Below, one piece after another: positions 15,401 to 20,000 of a DNA stretch of 20,000 nt. The first letter of the stretch is position 1. Every line of letters starts with the position of its first letter. The stretch spans positions 119,237 through 139,236 of the IMG/VR virus record IMGVR_UViG_2740892351_000003. One strand, given 5' to 3'. The notes beneath the pieces were generated by a model. That model was not told where the DNA came from and ran no database searches. It worked only from the letters and a program-made list of their open reading frames with translations. A program made the position numbers and the translations under genes. This stretch comes from an uncultured virus (IMG/VR IMGVR_UViG_2740892351_000003). Its lineage: Duplodnaviria; Heunggongvirae; Uroviricota; Caudoviricetes.

Positions 15401-17772
15401 TAACATGTTACAAATCTTCTTACATTCTAACCTATGACAATGAATTATTTTCAACTGGTTCAAATGGCTATGGTCAATTAGGATTAGGGGATGATATTAA
15501 TAGAAATACTTTTACTAAAGTAAATATTTCTGGAACAATAAAGGATATATTTTGTGGAAGGTATGTTTTTATTATATTATTGGAGAATGATAATATAATT
15601 TCTTTAATGGGTTGTGGAAATAGAAATTACATAAGTTCAAATACAAATTCAAACAGTTTAACTAAAATAAATATTGAAGGATTAACAGACCCATCAACTA
15701 TATCAAATTTAATGTTGGAAGAAGGCAAAACTATAATTACAATGAAAAATAGAATATTTGTCACAGGATATAACTCATTAGGAGGTTTAGGTGTTGGTAC
15801 TTCATATAATAATTCATCAGGATATATTGAAGGATATAAGGATTTAGCGTTTAATAGTAATATAAAAGAGGTTGCTCTAGGAGAATACACTATTTTTGTT
15901 TTACTTGAAAATGGAGATTTATATTCTGGAGGAAATGCTGATGATGGTATAGGTTTTAATGAATCTGGTACTGTAGTATTAAAAAAATTAACAAGTAATA
16001 TAAAGCACATATATGCAAATGGTAAAAATGCTTATTATATAGATAATGATAATGCCTTATATGTGTTTGGTAGTAGACAATTGGGTCAAATCAATAATTA
16101 TTCTGATGTTGTACAAAAAACACCTGTTAGAAATTGCCTTAATGTAAAACAGGTATATACACAGCATAATGGTCTTATAGTTCAATATACTAATAATAAA
16201 TTAGAAGGAAAAGGTAATGCTGTAGTTGGTCAAGTAGGTATTTTTAATGGACATGAAGAAAATCAGATTGCAAACACTTCTAGTGATAATCCTAGTGATT
16301 TAAGTTTTTCTAATGAAATGTCTATTATAAGAAATAATTATGGACTATTAGTAAATAAGAAGATATTTTTACATAATGATGATAGTATTAATTATAGAAT
16401 ACCATTTGGCACAAATGCTGGAAATTATTCAACTTCATTGCCTTTTGATAATATAAAAAAGATGTCTTTATCATCAACTCATTCAATTTTGATATTAGAA
16501 AATGGGGATGTCTATGGTTGTGGTTCAAATCAATTTGGGGAACTTGCTATAAATAAATCTGAGCTAACAACAACTTCTGAATTTATAAAAATTAACTTAA
16601 CAAATATAATAGATGTTGCTTGTGGTGATAATTTTACTTACTTCTTAAAAAATGATGGCTCATTGTTTTCTATTGGTAAAAACTCAGAATATCAACTTGG
16701 AATAGGGCATAATGATGAGGTTAATGAGTTACAAGAAGTATTAACTATTTCTAATATAAGGGAGATATATGCTTATAGTAATTATATATTGGCTATAACT
16801 ACAGAAGGTCAATTATACGTACAAGGATATAATATAAATGGAATCTTAGGACTGAATGAGAATACAAAAAATACAATTATTAAATTATTTACTAAAGTAT
16901 TAGAAAATGTAAAATATATAAAATCTTATGATGATAAACATATATTTGTTATAAAAAATGATAAGACTTTGTATGTTACAGGGATAAATAAGGAAACATA
17001 TAAAATTAAAGATGTAGAGATTGGTTCTATGTTATATACTTTCTCACAAATATATATTCCAAGAGATGTTAATGATATAGTGGATGCTTTAATAAAAGAT
17101 GAAACATTATATATAATCTCAAAAGTAGATTCAGAGAAAACTTGTTTGGAAATAAAGAATAAGTCATACTCATCTATTGAAATAGATTTGCAAAATCCAA
17201 ATAATGAATTGACAAAAATAGAGATGTTTATAAATAATATTAGTTCAAGTATAATAGAAGACTTATCTACAGGAACAGTTACGTTTGAGATTAATCCAGA
17301 GGATTTAGTTCTTGGAGAAAATAAGATTGTATTTAAAGCACATTCTGACATTGGAAATAATTTATATATAAATGTTTATATTTATAAAAAAGAAGCAGGA
17401 GCAACTATAGTAAAAGATTCAACTGTATTAATCAATGGGAATACTTATAATGTATCTAGTATAGTTGATAATTCACAAGATGTAGTACTTACACTCAATA
17501 AAGGTCTGTTAGAAGATTTAAATTCTAACAATCCAATTTATCATTTAGTAAATAAATTAAAAGTACAATTAAAGATAAATGAATCAGATACATTTAAAGA
17601 TATGGTTAAAGTAGAGACAAGAAAAACTAAGAATGGATATAAGGAGATATATGAGTTAAAAGATATGAATATACAATCTGCACAACCTAAAGTAATAGTA
17701 GAAGAAGGAAACACTAATACAACTATAAAAAAACCATCTATGTTATTCAATTTAGATGTTGAAACACTTTAA
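12493..17772 (+). CDS. Large RCC1-repeat (beta-propeller) protein, putative receptor-binding protein, diffocin RBP-like
   Basis: 1759 aa; SD AGGGGG at 12481-12486. Many RCC1/BLIP-II repeats (e.g. VYSTGxNxYGQLGLxDxxxRNxFTKVNI; VKQIACGNGYSMLVT). Sits after the baseplate protein and before a CD1375-like gene. Confidence 0.85.
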   Translation: MKKNKLLQRGSLFGNKEFKIEEFNKNFDTFNVKDIFTDMDSSSVFIIKDDLKLYAAGYNVFGNLGLGNKVSPIRYFSKIDIDNVKYVSSSGTHSLLLKNNGDVYSTGLNTDGELGLGDNIDRNTFTKINISNVKQIACGNGYSMLVTNDNELYVCGNNKFGGIGLGNTSTVNTFTKIDNLSVKEIFAGVSCSYILTLNNEVYSTGTNSYGQLGLNDTTNRNIFTKVNLDNVIKISTAQGAVNFLLENGDVYGCGDNSSGQVGVGGGATVTVLTKLSISNVKNIESGRYHKFYIANNNDIYVTGANPDGRLGDKINCDTSTYTPRKSSISIKNISKIKCAYAISFILTSNNELYMTGNNNYSFSYLKRYDKFIYGFEKFEDFDIEECNHIESIDNRLLINKNDERVLDIGLENNFVNISLVKANDTSTFIVVNGNELYAAGYNAYGGLGLGHNRHCYEFTRVPLELEEGVTIKDIYLNLGSYFTFILLSDNTLYSTGYNVFGVLGLGDNINRNTFTKVNISSVDKISVGDNHALLKTTTNELFSTGLNNYGQLGLNDTTNRNIFTKVSTVTYVNEIIAYSNSSYCIDNSRISYAAGYNVFGELSLNDTSSRSVFVKMRYSRYKTDTTVSDVSNIAEIIPFNNGCLIRTTSNNYYVSGRHNYYSTSIKNSVTDDYYSRFGEFVGSKNSNANEVAVLIDEPKLSKVLVSNYNLCLLLDASDGGYKEIKFTGRPSTFGASSQDKNLGLRSLISSSMPYYNHYLGTDNLLYTTSKTRMESKFEIRGRNAGGQRGDSSYYSNSQKYTLSNAFFAYNSQVIYASRLRIVIKDYFGNIYCSGVNSHGCFGIKKPYDVRHDGFVNISKQFSKKYIISNIKEIKSDRQALYILLNNSEGYVCGNNAGNKLGTIKARSEFIKVPIDNIKEFIPSNDCLFILTNNNQVYSIGTNDLGQLGLGDNIDRGTFTKVPIDNVKKVITCYKSSYILTYDNELFSTGSNGYGQLGLGDDINRNTFTKVNISGTIKDIFCGRYVFIILLENDNIISLMGCGNRNYISSNTNSNSLTKINIEGLTDPSTISNLMLEEGKTIITMKNRIFVTGYNSLGGLGVGTSYNNSSGYIEGYKDLAFNSNIKEVALGEYTIFVLLENGDLYSGGNADDGIGFNESGTVVLKKLTSNIKHIYANGKNAYYIDNDNALYVFGSRQLGQINNYSDVVQKTPVRNCLNVKQVYTQHNGLIVQYTNNKLEGKGNAVVGQVGIFNGHEENQIANTSSDNPSDLSFSNEMSIIRNNYGLLVNKKIFLHNDDSINYRIPFGTNAGNYSTSLPFDNIKKMSLSSTHSILILENGDVYGCGSNQFGELAINKSELTTTSEFIKINLTNIIDVACGDNFTYFLKNDGSLFSIGKNSEYQLGIGHNDEVNELQEVLTISNIREIYAYSNYILAITTEGQLYVQGYNINGILGLNENTKNTIIKLFTKVLENVKYIKSYDDKHIFVIKNDKTLYVTGINKETYKIKDVEIGSMLYTFSQIYIPRDVNDIVDALIKDETLYIISKVDSEKTCLEIKNKSYSSIEIDLQNPNNELTKIEMFINNISSSIIEDLSTGTVTFEINPEDLVLGENKIVFKAHSDIGNNLYINVYIYKKEAGATIVKDSTVLINGNTYNVSSIVDNSQDVVLTLNKGLLEDLNSNNPIYHLVNKLKVQLKINESDTFKDMVKVETRKTKNGYKEIYELKDMNIQSAQPKVIVEEGNTNTTIKKPSMLFNLDVETL
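13117..14191 (+). repeat. Exact 55-bp direct repeat (13117-13171 and 14137-14191) in the RCC1 gene
   Basis: TATGGGCAGTTAGGACTTAATGACACTACTAATAGAAATATTTTTACTAAAGTAA occurs twice, 1020 bp apart (in frame). Confidence 0.95.
13999..15531 (+). repeat. 54-bp direct repeat with one mismatch (13999-14052 and 15478-15531)
   Basis: TTAGGATTAGGGGAT[A/G]ATATTAATAGAAATACTTTTACTAAAGTAAATATTTCT, 1479 bp apart (in frame). Confidence 0.9.
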
Positions 17773-17783
17773 GAGGTGATTAA

Positions 17784-18107
17784 ATGATAAAAATAGATAA
17801 AGAAAAAATTGAGAAGTCAAGACAAAGAAAAGAATTAGATGATTTAGATTCAAGTCAAAAAACGCAAGATAATGACATAACAGATTTAATGTTAGCGACT
17901 GCTGAAATATGTGAAATGGTATTAAGTAGTCAACAGGCATCTACTATGTCATTAAAAAATATAAAATTAAATGAAGGAGGAAGTAGTATGGCAGCAATTT
18001 ATGTAGGATTGATAGAGAGAGGTTTAAAAACAATTGACCAAGTACCTGTTAAATATCGAGAAGAAGTAAGAAAAATGTGTGAAGCACTAGAGATTTCATT
18101 ATCATAG
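17784..18107 (+). CDS. Putative tail fibre assembly chaperone with C-terminal CD1375-family domain
   Basis: 107 aa; SD GAGGTGA upstream. C-terminal MAAIYVGLIERGLKTIDQVPVKYREEVRKM fits the recalled CD1375/XkdX-like pattern (IY..LI..G.KTID.VP..REEV). Confidence 0.7.
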   Translation: MIKIDKEKIEKSRQRKELDDLDSSQKTQDNDITDLMLATAEICEMVLSSQQASTMSLKNIKLNEGGSSMAAIYVGLIERGLKTIDQVPVKYREEVRKMCEALEISLS

Positions 18108-18163
18108 AACTGTAAGAGTTCTTTTTTTATGTTCAAAATAGAGAGTTACTAATGTAGCTCTCT
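18106..18163. terminator. Terminator after the RCC1/chaperone genes plus a second hairpin
   Basis: AGAACT-gtaag-AGTTCT-TTTTTT (18106-18128, + strand). AGAGAGTTAC-taat-GTAGCTCTCT (18140-18163) is followed by an A-rich tract. Confidence 0.65.
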
Positions 18164-18185
18164 AAATAAAAAAGAAGGTGATAAA

Positions 18186-18725
18186 TTGTTAAATGAAGAG
18201 GTAGTAAAAAAAATAAAGAATGTACCTAATAACACTAATACAGAAATAGAAAAAGTTAATACAAATATAGAAACTGCTAAAACAGAGTTGAATACTAAGA
18301 TTGACCAGCTTATAGCGGGTGGTTCAAATGTTGCATCTACTCAAACAATAACTATTGATGATTGGGTGGAGGATGCAGAAAATGGATTCAAAGCAACTGT
18401 AACACATAGTTTATTAACACAGAGAATAGTTGTAAATATTATAGATGCTACTACAAAAGAAAATGTAGTTCCAAATTTTAAAATAGTTGATGATAATTCA
18501 ATTGAGATTAGAAGTGAAGTAAAAGTTGAGTTAAATGTTTATGTTATTAATGGAAATGCAGAAACTCATTTTATTAATGCAACTGTAGATGATAACAGAG
18601 TATCTGAAATGACTACTTATTCATCTAAGAAAATCGAAGATAGATTGGTTAATATAGAAGAAAAATTAAGTGGTGGGTTATCTAACATTGCAACAAGTGT
18701 AAATGAATTGATAACTTATTGTTAA
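18186..18725 (+). CDS. Tail fibre adaptor-like protein (179 aa), paralogous to an internal domain of the BppU-like protein
   Basis: TTG start with SD AAGAAGGTGA. Short coiled coil plus a beta domain alignable by eye to the domain encoded at ~11612-11936. Confidence 0.7.
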   Translation: MLNEEVVKKIKNVPNNTNTEIEKVNTNIETAKTELNTKIDQLIAGGSNVASTQTITIDDWVEDAENGFKATVTHSLLTQRIVVNIIDATTKENVVPNFKIVDDNSIEIRSEVKVELNVYVINGNAETHFINATVDDNRVSEMTTYSSKKIEDRLVNIEEKLSGGLSNIATSVNELITYC

Positions 18726-18739
18726 AGGAGAGTGAGAAA

Positions 18740-20000
18740 ATGCAGACAGAATGGAACTTTGGGTACAATGGTTCGCCACAAAGTGTTATATTGAAACCTG
18801 GCAAATATAAATTTGAATGCTGGGGTTCTTCTGGAGGTATCAACAATTCTTCTTGGCATACTGATGCTAAAGGCGGATATTCTAAAGGTGAAATTACATT
18901 AAAAAAACAAACTACATTATATGTTTACGTCGGCGAAAGTGGTTTTGCTTCTTCATCTACGAGTAATAACACTAAAAGTGGTTTTAATGGCGGTGGTAAA
19001 GGTTATTTAAATCAACAGGTTATGGGTACTTATTATTCTATGTACGGTGGTGGTGCTACTGATATAAGGCTCGTTGGTGGTGCTTGGGATAATGAGCAAG
19101 GTTTGCTATCTCGTATAATTGTCGCAGGTGGTGGCGGTGGTTCATATTCTCCTTATACTGGTGGTGCAGGAGGAGGATTAGAAGGAGGTACTGGGTATAG
19201 TGCTAACGACAGACATCGTCCCGGCGGTACTCAATATCAAGGTGGTATTGGTCGTGTAAGCACAGAAAACGGAAGTTTTGGAAAAGGGTGTTCTGCTAAA
19301 GATTCAACTGGCGAAGGCGGTGGAGGTGGCTGGTTTGGTGGTGCAGGAATGAATGGTGCGGGAGCAGGTGGAGGTGGAAGTGGCTACGTATTAACTAAAG
19401 ATAGTTATAAGCCTACTGGCTACACACCAACATCTGAATATTATTTTGATAATGTTGTTATGGAATCTGGTGGAAATACTGCTGGTGCTTATGGTTATGC
19501 CCTAATAACATTACTACAAGCATTACCTTTTTTAACCGTATCCTCTTATAACTCCACACAAGCAACATTTAAAGCTGACCACACAGACCCTACACTATTA
19601 ACTAAGATAGAAGTATTTATAGATGATGTACTAAAAGAAACTATAACAACAGATTTAACAACAGAGAAAACAATTAACTATACATTAGAAGATAATGCAC
19701 TGCACACGCTTAAAATAGTTGTTACAGACAGCAATAATGCAACTGCTGAAAAAGTTTTAAGTATAAGTAAGAATATAATGCCACTGCCCGAAAATGTAAA
19801 TTTAAATGATATATCAACAAAATTAGTTGAGGTTAATGCAGGATTTAAAGTTGGGAAAACAAGTATTATAAACACTTTAGCATTAAAGAATATAGAAGCA
19901 AGTTTGAATAACACACTTGTTGAGTTATCAGAGAAAATAAAGCAGTCTTTTGATAGTGGAGACGCTAGTTTACAGGATTTGATGAATCAGTTAACACAAG
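18740..20000 (+). CDS. Glycine-rich domain tail fibre / putative second receptor-binding protein, 3' truncated by the window edge
   Basis: Absent from the ORF track because no stop occurs in the window. SD AAGGAG at 18725-18730, ATG 18740. MQTEWNFGYNGSPQSVILKPGKYKFECWGSSGG...GGGATDIRLVGGAWDNEQGLLSRIIVAGGGGG...GGGGGWFGG...GGGGSGYV is the phage glycine-rich domain pattern. An Ig-like segment and a helical region follow. Confidence 0.85.
   Translation, partial: MQTEWNFGYNGSPQSVILKPGKYKFECWGSSGGINNSSWHTDAKGGYSKGEITLKKQTTLYVYVGESGFASSSTSNNTKSGFNGGGKGYLNQQVMGTYYSMYGGGATDIRLVGGAWDNEQGLLSRIIVAGGGGGSYSPYTGGAGGGLEGGTGYSANDRHRPGGTQYQGGIGRVSTENGSFGKGCSAKDSTGEGGGGGWFGGAGMNGAGAGGGGSGYVLTKDSYKPTGYTPTSEYYFDNVVMESGGNTAGAYGYALITLLQALPFLTVSSYNSTQATFKADHTDPTLLTKIEVFIDDVLKETITTDLTTEKTINYTLEDNALHTLKIVVTDSNNATAEKVLSISKNIMPLPENVNLNDISTKLVEVNAGFKVGKTSIINTLALKNIEASLNNTLVELSEKIKQSFDSGDASLQDLMNQLTQ

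Noticed and set aside
12493..17772. Diversity-generating retroelement template/variable repeat pair or shufflon in the RBP gene
   Set aside because: The repeats are short, in frame and within one gene. There is no adenine-specific mismatch series, no inverted crossover sites, and no reverse transcriptase or recombinase in the window.
99..19914. Minus-strand ORFs of 62-141 aa in the track (e.g. 99-371, 3621-4013, 7540-7851, 15627-16010, 16926-17351, 19678-19914)
   Set aside because: They lie opposite long plus-strand genes and have the S/F/L/I-rich composition expected of antisense shadows of AT-rich, K/E-rich coding sequence.

Overview
Very AT-rich window holding the tail and adsorption module of a large Firmicutes siphophage or prophage. 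By protein-family recognition only (no search was run), it most resembles large Clostridioides difficile phages of the phiCD211/phiCDIF1296T type. Plus-strand gene order: 3' part of a long tape-measure gene; a ~1.1 kb accessory insert; Tal-like tail protein; tail fibre/spike protein; two small ORFs; BppU-like baseplate protein; a 1759-aa RCC1-repeat putative receptor-binding protein (RBP) resembling diffocin RBPs; a CD1375-like chaperone; a 179-aa adaptor-like protein; and a glycine-rich putative second RBP that runs off the window end. The most interesting part is the insert at 5167-6286, which sits where a distal-tail (Dit) gene is normally found. It contains (i) an apparently intact type I toxin-antitoxin (TA) module with a 53-aa hydrophobic toxin missed by the ORF track, (ii) a short promoter-terminator unit, (iii) a 51-aa protein resembling only the C-terminal half of a Phd/YefM-type antitoxin, with no toxin partner, and (iv) an intact antitoxin-RNA unit whose cognate type I toxin has lost its start. 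Together these suggest a cluster of orphan antitoxins, possibly a counter-defence cassette. The tail module also shows a duplicated adaptor+RBP architecture and near-identical DNA patches inside the RCC1 gene.
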